The notes under the pieces were generated by a model that saw nothing but the letters and a program-made list of their open reading frames with translations, did no database searches and was not told where the DNA came from. Shown one piece after another: positions 1-8,749 of a stretch of DNA of 64,000 nt. The DNA comes from an uncultured virus (IMG/VR IMGVR_UViG_3300012007_000017) (taxonomy: Duplodnaviria; Heunggongvirae; Uroviricota; Caudoviricetes): the IMG/VR virus record IMGVR_UViG_3300012007_000017, positions 1 through 64,000 of that record; one strand, given 5' to 3'. Positions within the stretch are counted from its first letter, which is position 1; every line of letters begins with the position of its first letter. The translations under genes were made by a program, and so were the position numbers.

Positions 1-153
1 ATGCTAAATTACACTCATTTTTATTTCATTTCCTCACTCCCCTCTAGGTATTTCTTATTTAGGAGGGTGGAGGGGGGTCTGGCGAAAATAGCCCCCCACC
101 CTGTATCGCGCCGGTCTTAAATTTTCCCCCGGAGGTGATATTTTTCTATATTC

Positions 154-294
154 TTCCAATGCCCCTTGGTCAGTTCTAGCGGCTCCACGGCTTTACAGGC
201 TGCATGTTTGCCTCTCCTTTCACGCGGATTTGCTCCCCATAGTACCTCCTATACTATCCAAAAGTCCGCTAGAACTGACGAAGAGGTATTAGAA
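154..294. ncRNA. Candidate structured RNA/leader with anti-SD-like loops
   Basis: 29-bp stem 154-182/266-294 (perfect 14-bp core gtcagttctagcgg/ccgctagaactgac); inner hairpin atagta-CCTCCTA-tactat at 239-257. Confidence 0.5.
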
Positions 295-310
295 AGGACG
301 GTAAAGTAAC

Positions 311-655
311 ATGGGACGCACGAAAAAGGTTGAAGAACCTCCCAAAAGGCCTAGGCGAAAAGCCAGGACAGCGGAGGAACGAGAGAATCAATTGATATCT
401 ATGGCCTTAGATCTCGTGGAAACCCGGATTCTTAACGGAACTGCCTCCGGACAGGAGCTTGTACAGTTTATTCGCATGGCTTCCAGCAAGAATCGCAATG
501 AAACCGAGAAGACCAGACTTGAACTTGAGCTGGTCAAGGCTAAGACAGAAAACTTAAGACTGCAGCAGCGTAACGAAGAGATGTTCGCTAACGCCATCGC
601 AGCCTTCAAACGATATTCAGGGGCGAATGACGATGAAGAAGAGGACCTATACTGA
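311..655 (+). CDS. Conserved phage protein at start of packaging module (possible terminase small subunit)
   Basis: Position upstream of HNH and TerL; helical 114-aa ORF; function inferred from position only. Confidence 0.5.
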   Translation: MGRTKKVEEPPKRPRRKARTAEERENQLISMALDLVETRILNGTASGQELVQFIRMASSKNRNETEKTRLELELVKAKTENLRLQQRNEEMFANAIAAFKRYSGANDDEEEDLY

Positions 656-1064
656 GCTGATCCAACTCCCCGACTTCGAGTCCAGGCTCGACTACTGTAA
701 GACCTACGGCAAAGTCGGTAAGGAGACTTTTGGTTACGACCGATATTTGAACCAGCTTCTTTACAGAATGCCCGAGTGGAAGAAGGTCCGAAGAGACGTG
801 ATCATACGAGATCAGTCTTGCGATCTGGCTCATCCTGACCACGAGATTCATCCACACGGCTACAAGTACAAGATTCTTGTCCATCATCTGAACCCAATCA
901 CAAAAGAAGATATTCTCAATCGGGCTGACTGCGTGTTAGACCCGAACAACCTAGTAACTGTGAGTTATGACACTCACCAAATCATTCACTATGGCTATAA
1001 GGATCAAACCAGACCTACTCTGGTAGAACGAAAGCCGTATGACACATGCCCTTGGAGGACTTAA
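627..1064 (+). CDS. HNH endonuclease
   Basis: W..VR..VI.RD..C, VHHLNP, NNL.T.S..TH..IH motifs; adjacent to terminase. Confidence 0.85.
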   Translation: MTMKKRTYTELIQLPDFESRLDYCKTYGKVGKETFGYDRYLNQLLYRMPEWKKVRRDVIIRDQSCDLAHPDHEIHPHGYKYKILVHHLNPITKEDILNRADCVLDPNNLVTVSYDTHQIIHYGYKDQTRPTLVERKPYDTCPWRT

Positions 1065-1423
1065 CAATGACAGACGCGTACATTCTCGAATCTGTGAAAG
1101 ATTATTGCCAGGTCCCACAAGAGGCCGACATCTACAATAGCGAACTATGCGGCCACATCAATACCGCGTTCTTCACACTATTCCAGCTGGGTTGTTCTGC
1201 AAGGCCATTCATTGTAACTGATGAGACAGCTACATGGGAAGACTTTACAGACAATCCCTATATTTCTTCTATAGTTCCCGAGTATGTAAAGCGGAAGGTC
1301 AAGTTACTCTTTGATCCTCCCGCTAATTCTTTTTTAGTGACACAAATGAAGGACGAGCTGGCTGAGATGGAAAGCCGGATCAGTTACGCAGTCGATCCTG
1401 GATGGGAGGACATCGATGACTGA
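1046..1423 (+). CDS. Putative head-tail adaptor/connector protein (start probably 1067)
   Basis: Size, YV..KVKLLFDPP motif and position in head module. Confidence 0.5.
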   Translation: MPLEDLTMTDAYILESVKDYCQVPQEADIYNSELCGHINTAFFTLFQLGCSARPFIVTDETATWEDFTDNPYISSIVPEYVKRKVKLLFDPPANSFLVTQMKDELAEMESRISYAVDPGWEDIDD

Positions 1424-3878
1424 TGAGATTTTAATGGCAGCCGCACAGATGACTCCTAACGATCTTATACATCATGGCGTCAAAGGTCAGAAGTGGGGCG
1501 TACGTAGATCTCCTGCCGAGCTTGCAGCAGCTTCCGGAGGTCCAGGCGGTGGAGCATCTGTTGAGGACGTTGACGAACTTGAAGAGAAGATCACCGAGAA
1601 CGAACAGAAGCTAGCTGAGATGAAAGCTGATGGCGCTGACGAGAAAGAGATCAGAGCTATGGAGGCTAGCATCAAAGCCGGTAAGGAGAGAGTAAATCAG
1701 ATTCTTGACGCAGAGAGACGTAACGGTGCTGCTTTCGAACACGCCATGTCTTTTACACCTGACGAGGTCTTCACCGGTCTGGCTGAGGATGAACTCTTCT
1801 TCGAACACCATGGCATCAAGGGAATGAAGTGGGGCATCCGCAGATTCCAGCCTTATCGTCAGGGAATGAAAGTAGCTGGCGGCAAAGTGATTGGAGCTGC
1901 TAAGAAGGTTAAACAGCGCTTCAAAGACATCGGCGACGCCCGCCAGCAGAAGAAAGCGGCTAAGGCTAAGGCCAAGTCCGTTAAGAAAGCTCAGGCAACC
2001 CGGAAAGCAAACGCCAATTTCGAGGCCGAGAAGAAGAAAGCTATCGAGTCTGGTTCCATCGAGGACCTTGCTAAGTTCAAAGGCAAGCTGACTAACGAGG
2101 AGTACACTAAGGCGTTCATCAGACTTCAAAATGAGCAGAAAGTTGCTGCAATGGTAGCGGCTAATCAGAAGACCGTTTGGGACAAAGTCGACAAAGGAAT
2201 GGAAATTGTTTCCAGACTTTCGAAGTATGCTAACACAGTTACAAATGCTAAGAACAGTTTCGATGCACTGAATGATGCTCTTCATAAGAAAGAGAAAGAA
2301 GCGGCTAAAGAGCAGGCAACACTCGAGAAGAATAAATTCCTTACCAATATAGAAAACATAACTGAACTGAACAGAGGTATGGATAAGCATAAGCTCACAC
2401 CTCAGGAGTATCAGGCGGCTATGAACATCCTCGCCAATAAGAAGATGAACAAGATTCGCTTTGGCGCCAAAGAGGGCGATACTTTTAAGGAAGATCAAGA
2501 TTTCGTTGATCAGGACAAGGCCAAGAACACTCCTGTCGACGGCACGTACCGCAGCAAAGATAACGTTAAGAAGAATGCCGGTTACGATAACTCTGATCCT
2601 AAGGACTTTGAGAAACCTAAGAAGGCTTACGAGAAGACCCCAAGCTCCATACGAGACAAAGCCGCTTACAAGAATCCGGATGGTGAGTCTGACAGTCCTA
2701 AACCGACTTCAGAAGCTGTTGCATCTGGCAAACGAGTCATCTCTGGCTTTAAGTCCGGTACAGATAAGCCGGTTTCTTATAACTCTCAGCAGACTCTAAG
2801 CTTTGGAGAATCTACTGTTAAGAGACTTTCAGCTAAACCATTAGAACCCAGCAAGATTGTAACAGATACTCGTAAGACCGTCGCCGATACACAGGCTGAA
2901 GCTGCTCGTCAGAAGGAAATTGACGAGAAACGTAAGAAGGCACTTGGCCATAGCGCCATAGACGGTCTAGACGAACTCTATCACCATGGCATCAAAGGCC
3001 AGAAGTGGGGCGTTCGTCGTTTTCAAGACAAAAAAGGTAGACTTACCGCCGCAGGTAAAGAAAGAGTTGCAAAATACAAACTGCTGAGCAGCAAAGACAC
3101 TGTAACCGAAGGCAAGAGTTATGTAGATAGACCGACTTTTTCATATAAAGTGGACTTGGATACGTATGAGGCAGAACGGCGCATAAAGCCCGACGGTACA
3201 ATTATTTTTCCAGCTGTTGCCACCGTAATAAAGGACTTTGCTAATGACGGCATGGGCAATCCGTATCCTGGGCCTAAGGGATTTGACGGATTATATGACC
3301 GTGTAAATCCTGGCTATGGCGAACCAGGAACCACTAACAATTGTCCGTTTGTTGGCGCCACTATGGAAATAGCATCACGCGGCTATAATGTCGTCGCTAG
3401 GCGTTCTTTGGGCGGAGCTTCCGTTGGCGTTTTTAGCCATTGGTTTAAAGGGGCTGACACGCAAAAATGTGATACATGGGACGAAATGAGTTCAGACCTT
3501 AAAAGTATGGACGACGGGGCTAGCGGTGTAATGCAAGGCTATTATGGTTCCGGTCTTGGATCCGGTTGCGGTGGCCATACTCTCCACTGGAGAAAAGAAA
3601 ATGGAAAAGTTATCGTTGCTGATGGACAGAGTCACAAAGAAATGGACTTTGATAAAGTACAGGATTCGTACGGCTTTGGATCGAAAGGCTGCTTCTTTAC
3701 CAGGCTTGACAACTGTGAACCAAACTGGGATGCCTTAGCCGAAGACGGCGTTTTAGGAGTAAATAATTCGGGAAGACGTATAGCGTCAAAAGACTCGGCT
3801 AATACCGTTCGGCCTTATAAAGCATGGTCAGCGACCGAGTTCTACGGATATTCTGACGTGCAAGCGTATAGAAGATAG
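1416..3878 (+). CDS. Three-module HHG.KG.KWG.RR protein with C-terminal papain-fold toxin (Tox-PL-like) domain
   Basis: HHG[VI]KG[QM]KWG[VI]RR at ~1470, 1806, 2982; C-terminal NNC (3336), GHT, ADGQ triad pattern. Confidence 0.7.
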   Translation: MTDEILMAAAQMTPNDLIHHGVKGQKWGVRRSPAELAAASGGPGGGASVEDVDELEEKITENEQKLAEMKADGADEKEIRAMEASIKAGKERVNQILDAERRNGAAFEHAMSFTPDEVFTGLAEDELFFEHHGIKGMKWGIRRFQPYRQGMKVAGGKVIGAAKKVKQRFKDIGDARQQKKAAKAKAKSVKKAQATRKANANFEAEKKKAIESGSIEDLAKFKGKLTNEEYTKAFIRLQNEQKVAAMVAANQKTVWDKVDKGMEIVSRLSKYANTVTNAKNSFDALNDALHKKEKEAAKEQATLEKNKFLTNIENITELNRGMDKHKLTPQEYQAAMNILANKKMNKIRFGAKEGDTFKEDQDFVDQDKAKNTPVDGTYRSKDNVKKNAGYDNSDPKDFEKPKKAYEKTPSSIRDKAAYKNPDGESDSPKPTSEAVASGKRVISGFKSGTDKPVSYNSQQTLSFGESTVKRLSAKPLEPSKIVTDTRKTVADTQAEAARQKEIDEKRKKALGHSAIDGLDELYHHGIKGQKWGVRRFQDKKGRLTAAGKERVAKYKLLSSKDTVTEGKSYVDRPTFSYKVDLDTYEAERRIKPDGTIIFPAVATVIKDFANDGMGNPYPGPKGFDGLYDRVNPGYGEPGTTNNCPFVGATMEIASRGYNVVARRSLGGASVGVFSHWFKGADTQKCDTWDEMSSDLKSMDDGASGVMQGYYGSGLGSGCGGHTLHWRKENGKVIVADGQSHKEMDFDKVQDSYGFGSKGCFFTRLDNCEPNWDALAEDGVLGVNNSGRRIASKDSANTVRPYKAWSATEFYGYSDVQAYRR

Positions 3879-3907
3879 CATTCGCTTAAAAGTAAAGGAG
3901 AATAAAC

Positions 3908-4156
3908 ATGGAGAAGTCATTGGAGCGTATTCGAAAGATGTTCTTACCCGAATACTTTGTAGTACGCAAAATGTATGACATTGGAAGCAGCTATCTGTTT
4001 TACATTGCCAGAAAAGATGCTGGGGACGAAGAAATTTTAGATCCCTGGTATACGATCGATAAAAAGAGTAATAAAATCGCTGGCTTTGTTGTTCATGAGC
4101 ACTTGGACGATTTCAAGAAAGCTATGCAATCAAAGCCGGTGTATACAGCTAAATAA
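3908..4156 (+). CDS. Small protein, candidate immunity protein
   Basis: 82 aa with own RBS (aaaggag), directly after the toxin domain; inferred from synteny. Confidence 0.45.
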   Translation: MEKSLERIRKMFLPEYFVVRKMYDIGSSYLFYIARKDAGDEEILDPWYTIDKKSNKIAGFVVHEHLDDFKKAMQSKPVYTAK

Positions 4157-4158
4157 CA

Positions 4159-5904
4159 ATGCTATCAAACACAGCGACGCCCAAGTATTACGGCATCTTC
4201 AGAGATCGGGTCTTACGAGGAGAGATTCCGGTTTGCAGAGAGATCGAAATGCAGATGAACCGCATCGATGCTATGATCGCAAACCCGGATTACTATTACG
4301 ATGACAAAGCAGTAGAAGGTTGGATCGAATTCTGTGAGCAGGAGCTTACCTTAACAGATGGTTCAGACCTACACTTGCTGGATTCGTTTAAACTCTGGGG
4401 TGAGGATGTCTGGGGCTGGTACTACTTTCTTGAGAAGAGAGTCTGGCAGCCTGGCATTCACGGAACCAGAGGACGTTATGTCAAGAAGCGAGTCAAGAGA
4501 CGGCTGCGCAACAAGCAGTTTCTTATAGTTGGACGAGGGGCCTCTAAGTCCTTGTACGCTTCCTGTCATCAAGCCTATGCGCTTACTGTAGACACTTCTA
4601 CAACATATCAGATCACGACGGCACCTACTATGAAGCAGGCCGACGAGATTCTATCGCCAATTCGAACAGCCATCACAAGGTCGAAAGGCCCCTACTTCAC
4701 GTTCTTAACAGATGGCTCATTACAAAACACGACCGGTTCTAAAGCGAATAGAGTAAAGCTGGCATCGACTAAGAAGGGAATTGAGAACTTTATCACAGGT
4801 TCCCTACTTGAGATCCGCCCTATGAGGATTGATAAGCTTCAGGGTATGAGATCCAAGATGAACACGATTGACGAGTGGCTCTCTGGCGACATCAGAGAAG
4901 ACCCTGTTGGCGCTATTGAGCAGGGTGCAGCTAAGATTGATGACTGGCTGATCATCGCAACTTCTTCGGAGGGAACGGTTCGTAACGGATGCGGCGATAC
5001 CATCAAAATGGAACTAATGAAGATCCTCAAAGGGGATTACGTTAACGATCATGTCTCCATTTGGTGGTACAAGCTAGACGATGTAACCGAAGTAGCCGAC
5101 CCCAACATGTGGGTTAAAGCAAACCCCAATCTCGGAATCACTGTTTCGTATGAGACATACCAGACAGAGGTCGAGAGAGCGGAGAACGCACCGGCTGCTC
5201 GTAACGATATTTTGGCGAAGAGGTTCGGTCTTCCTATGGAGGGCTTTACTTACTTCTTCACCTACGAGGAAACAATTAGGCACAGGCGCAAACGGGACTT
5301 CTGGGAGATGCCATGTGCCATGGGAGCAGACCTTTCGCAGGGCGACGACTTCTGTGCATTTACTTTCATGTTTCCTCTGCCTTCAGGTCAGTTCGGAATT
5401 AAGACTAGAAGCTATATTTCGGATCTGACCTACCACAACCTTCCTTTGGCTATGCGAGAGAAGTACGACAACTTCTTGGCTGAGGGAAGTTTAGTAGTTC
5501 TTGAAGGCGCTGTGCTGGACATGATGGAAGTTTACGACGATCTCGACTCGTTCATCGAAGAGCATAAGTATGACGTACGCTGCTTTGGTTACGATCCATA
5601 CAACGCCAAAGAATTCGTAAACCGATGGGAACTGGAGAACGGTCCTTTCGGTATTGTTAAAGTTATACAGGGTGCCAGAACAGAATCCGTTCCTCTGGGT
5701 GAGCTAAAGAAGCTTGCTGGGGAGCGGATGCTTTTGTTTGACGAAGAACTTATGGAATTCGCCATGGCTAACAGCATAACGAGAGAAGACACCAACGGCA
5801 ATAGAAAGCTGGACAAGACGCGGCGCGAAGACAAGATCGATAACGTCGCTGCTATGATGGATGCTTTCGTTGCTTACAAACTTAATAAGGATGCATTCGA
5901 ATGA
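4159..5904 (+). CDS. terL: Terminase large subunit
   Basis: VGRGASKS P-loop, IDEW Walker B, GADLSQGDD nuclease motif, YDPYNA, KIDNVAA. Confidence 0.95.
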   Translation: MLSNTATPKYYGIFRDRVLRGEIPVCREIEMQMNRIDAMIANPDYYYDDKAVEGWIEFCEQELTLTDGSDLHLLDSFKLWGEDVWGWYYFLEKRVWQPGIHGTRGRYVKKRVKRRLRNKQFLIVGRGASKSLYASCHQAYALTVDTSTTYQITTAPTMKQADEILSPIRTAITRSKGPYFTFLTDGSLQNTTGSKANRVKLASTKKGIENFITGSLLEIRPMRIDKLQGMRSKMNTIDEWLSGDIREDPVGAIEQGAAKIDDWLIIATSSEGTVRNGCGDTIKMELMKILKGDYVNDHVSIWWYKLDDVTEVADPNMWVKANPNLGITVSYETYQTEVERAENAPAARNDILAKRFGLPMEGFTYFFTYEETIRHRRKRDFWEMPCAMGADLSQGDDFCAFTFMFPLPSGQFGIKTRSYISDLTYHNLPLAMREKYDNFLAEGSLVVLEGAVLDMMEVYDDLDSFIEEHKYDVRCFGYDPYNAKEFVNRWELENGPFGIVKVIQGARTESVPLGELKKLAGERMLLFDEELMEFAMANSITREDTNGNRKLDKTRREDKIDNVAAMMDAFVAYKLNKDAFE

Positions 5905-6308
5905 GTTACAACAGATGGATGCCTCACGAGTATCAGTCAGGAGGCGAACTATACCACTACGGCGTTAAAGGCATGAAGTGGAAGAATAAGAAAGGCGTTC
6001 AGGATCAGGCTCAGGCTGGAGTAACTGGCATGGGAGCTGGTGCTATATCCAATTGGGATAGCGTATCTGGTCTTAAGAACATGACATCTACCATGAGCTT
6101 TAACACCAAATCTCGTATCGCTTACGAAAATAGCCGTCCTGAATGGCAGAAGAAATGGCGCCGTAGCGAAGCCAGAAAGAAACTTAAAGAGATTATCTCT
6201 TCAATTAAGGGCAAGAAGAAAAGCCATGGCGATCGTCCCAGGAGCCGTAAGCGCAATGTAACCGGAGGCGGCAAAGGAGTAAAACTTCGAGGCAGTGCAA
6301 CTAAGTAA
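5901..6308 (+). CDS. Basic protein with HYGVKGMKW motif (putative virion internal protein)
   Basis: ELYHYGVKGMKW; Lys/Arg rich; between TerL and portal. Confidence 0.6.
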   Translation: MSYNRWMPHEYQSGGELYHYGVKGMKWKNKKGVQDQAQAGVTGMGAGAISNWDSVSGLKNMTSTMSFNTKSRIAYENSRPEWQKKWRRSEARKKLKEIISSIKGKKKSHGDRPRSRKRNVTGGGKGVKLRGSATK

Positions 6309-6318
6309 GGAGGATGTC

Positions 6319-6858
6319 ATGTGGAAACCAACACAACAGCCTGATGAGCTCTACCATTACGGCGTCCTCGGCATGAAATGGGGCGTGCATCGGGTTAGGT
6401 CACTTCAACCTTCTAAGAGGTCTTTAAAAGAAGAAGGAAGAACAGAATTTGAAATTAAAAAGCGTTTGGCGAAGAACGCAGCTAATGCCGAGAAAGCAAA
6501 TACTATCCGCAATAAGATCGACGCCAAAGCCACTAAAAAGCTTAATAAGCTTAACGCTCGCTATGAGAAGCAGCAGGCCAAAGCAGATCGCAAGTTTGAT
6601 AAGGCTGAGCGTAAAGCTAATTCGTTATTTACATCTAAGCGTTCCGCTGAGAAGGCCTTTAAGAAAGCTTCCAAGGCTCAGTTTAAGGCAAATAAGGCAG
6701 CTCTAAAGGGCAAGAAGTGGTACGAGCAGATGGAGAAGAGCTACAAGAAAGCTAATATTTCCATGACTAAGGAGAACCAAGAGATTGGCAAAGAGCTGGT
6801 CAGACAGGTTCGAGCTAACGCCAGAGCTATGTATGCCGCTACGTATGTGAGGGGATAA
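6319..6858 (+). CDS. Basic protein with HYGVLGMKWG motif
   Basis: DELYHYGVLGMKWGVHR; RBS aaggagg before ATG 6319. Confidence 0.6.
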   Translation: MWKPTQQPDELYHYGVLGMKWGVHRVRSLQPSKRSLKEEGRTEFEIKKRLAKNAANAEKANTIRNKIDAKATKKLNKLNARYEKQQAKADRKFDKAERKANSLFTSKRSAEKAFKKASKAQFKANKAALKGKKWYEQMEKSYKKANISMTKENQEIGKELVRQVRANARAMYAATYVRG

Positions 6859-6860
6859 CT

Positions 6861-7427
6861 ATGGCTATATTTTGGAAACCATCTGAACAGTTGGAGCTTT
6901 ATCATCACGGCGTTAAAGGCCAGAAGTGGGGCGTAAGACGGTTTCAAAAGTACCCAAAGGGCTATAACGGAGAAGGCAAATACTTGGCAAAAGCTAAAAA
7001 GCAAGCTAGTAAAGGCACGGCTCGAGGTTATTCTAGGGCTTTAAATACGCTTGATAAAGGATACGCTAAGCAAGTCGGAAAATCTTATGAATCCGCATAT
7101 GCCGATAACGCTTGGTTTGGAAAAGAAAAGAAACGTGCCAAGGGAAAGAACGCGCCAAAATCAGCCGAAGCTCTACAAAAGTATACGGATAAGCTTATTA
7201 AAAAAGCTGAGAAATCTGGCTATATAGTTAATAGCAGAAGCGCAACAAGGTATACGAATTCTTATGTCAATACATCTAAATGGTCCGGCGCTTACAATGT
7301 TGAGTATATAGGCAGAAAATATGTAGTATCTAATGAACGAAAAAAGCCTAATCTTTTCCATGATTGGAATCAAGATTATAGCGGACCGCGCGTCAATTTG
7401 GTTCAAACCCGCTATTACTATTACTAA
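6861..7427 (+). CDS. Basic protein with HHGVKGQKWGVRR motif
   Basis: ELYHHGVKGQKWGVRRFQ. Confidence 0.6.
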   Translation: MAIFWKPSEQLELYHHGVKGQKWGVRRFQKYPKGYNGEGKYLAKAKKQASKGTARGYSRALNTLDKGYAKQVGKSYESAYADNAWFGKEKKRAKGKNAPKSAEALQKYTDKLIKKAEKSGYIVNSRSATRYTNSYVNTSKWSGAYNVEYIGRKYVVSNERKKPNLFHDWNQDYSGPRVNLVQTRYYYY

Positions 7428-7443
7428 CGTGAGGTAATCGCCT

Positions 7444-8721
7444 ATGCCAACACTAACTCAGCGGCTCCAGAATGCCTGGAACGCTTTTAGAAATCCGAGG
7501 GACCCGACCATTCGGGACTATGGCAGGTCTTATACATATAGGCCTGATCGCTATAAGATACGAAGCGGAAACGAACGGTCTATAGTAACCAACGTCTTTA
7601 ATCGCATTGCGGTTGACTGTGCAGCGGTAACGATGGAGCACGTTAAGCTTGACGAGAATGGTAGATACAAAGACGTCATGAAGTCAGGACTTAACGAATG
7701 CCTCACACTTAGCGCTAACCTCGATCAAACCGGAAGGGCATTCATTCAGGATGCTGTTCATTCAATGTTCGATGAAGGCGTGGTTGCGATCATTCCCACA
7801 GATACTATTGGAAATCCGCTAACTTCCCAGTCTTACAGAATCGAAACTCTTCGAACCGGTAAGATTCTGGAATGGTTTCCGCATCACATAAGAGTCAGAG
7901 TGTACAACCAGGATACCGGACAGGAACAAGACCTGATCTGGCCTAAGGAATCGGCAGCTATTGTCGAGAACCCTTTCTACTCGGTCATGAACGAACCGAA
8001 CAGCACTCTACAACGACTCATCAGAAAATTAAATCTACTTGACTACGTGGATGAGCAGTCATCGTCCGGCAAACTGGACCTTATCATTCAGCTCCCTTAC
8101 GTAATCAAATCTACTGCACGTCGCCAGCAGGCTGAAGCTCGTCGAAAAGACATTGAAATGCAGCTTGCTGGTTCTAAGTACGGTATCGCTTACACAGATG
8201 GTACCGAGAAGATCACCCAGCTTAACCGATCAATCGAAAATAACATATGGACCGAAGTCAAGGATCTCACAACCATGCTGTATGCGCAGCTCGGTATTAC
8301 TGAGACCATCCTTAACGGAACCGCCGATGAACAGACTATGATCAACTATTACAACAATACGATCGAGCCTGTTCTTTCTGCGTTTGCGCTTGAAATGCAG
8401 CGTAAGTTCCTGACTCCGACAGCCAGAACGCAAGGCCAAGCAATCCGGTTCTACAGAGACGCATTCAAACTCATTCCTATTAAGGACCTTGCTGAGCTTG
8501 CCGATAAGTTCACTCGTAATGAGATTGCGTCTTCGAACGAGATCAGGTCGGTTATTGGTTGGAAGCCTTCCGATGATCCTAAGGCAGACATGCTGGTCAA
8601 CGCCAACCTTAATCAGTCGCCTGATGAGATGGGACAGCACGGCATGACTCCTGGAGAAGGACCGGCTCTCGATCCAGCTGGAGCGGCAGTAGTTAATGCT
8701 AATAAAGACGTAACCGTCTGA
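7444..8721 (+). CDS. Portal protein
   Basis: 425 aa, HK97-like portal layout (RIAVD, NEIR...G..P), between TerL and capsid. Confidence 0.9.
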   Translation: MPTLTQRLQNAWNAFRNPRDPTIRDYGRSYTYRPDRYKIRSGNERSIVTNVFNRIAVDCAAVTMEHVKLDENGRYKDVMKSGLNECLTLSANLDQTGRAFIQDAVHSMFDEGVVAIIPTDTIGNPLTSQSYRIETLRTGKILEWFPHHIRVRVYNQDTGQEQDLIWPKESAAIVENPFYSVMNEPNSTLQRLIRKLNLLDYVDEQSSSGKLDLIIQLPYVIKSTARRQQAEARRKDIEMQLAGSKYGIAYTDGTEKITQLNRSIENNIWTEVKDLTTMLYAQLGITETILNGTADEQTMINYYNNTIEPVLSAFALEMQRKFLTPTARTQGQAIRFYRDAFKLIPIKDLAELADKFTRNEIASSNEIRSVIGWKPSDDPKADMLVNANLNQSPDEMGQHGMTPGEGPALDPAGAAVVNANKDVTV

Positions 8722-8749
8722 ACAAAACTGAATAAGGAGAAACATCAAA

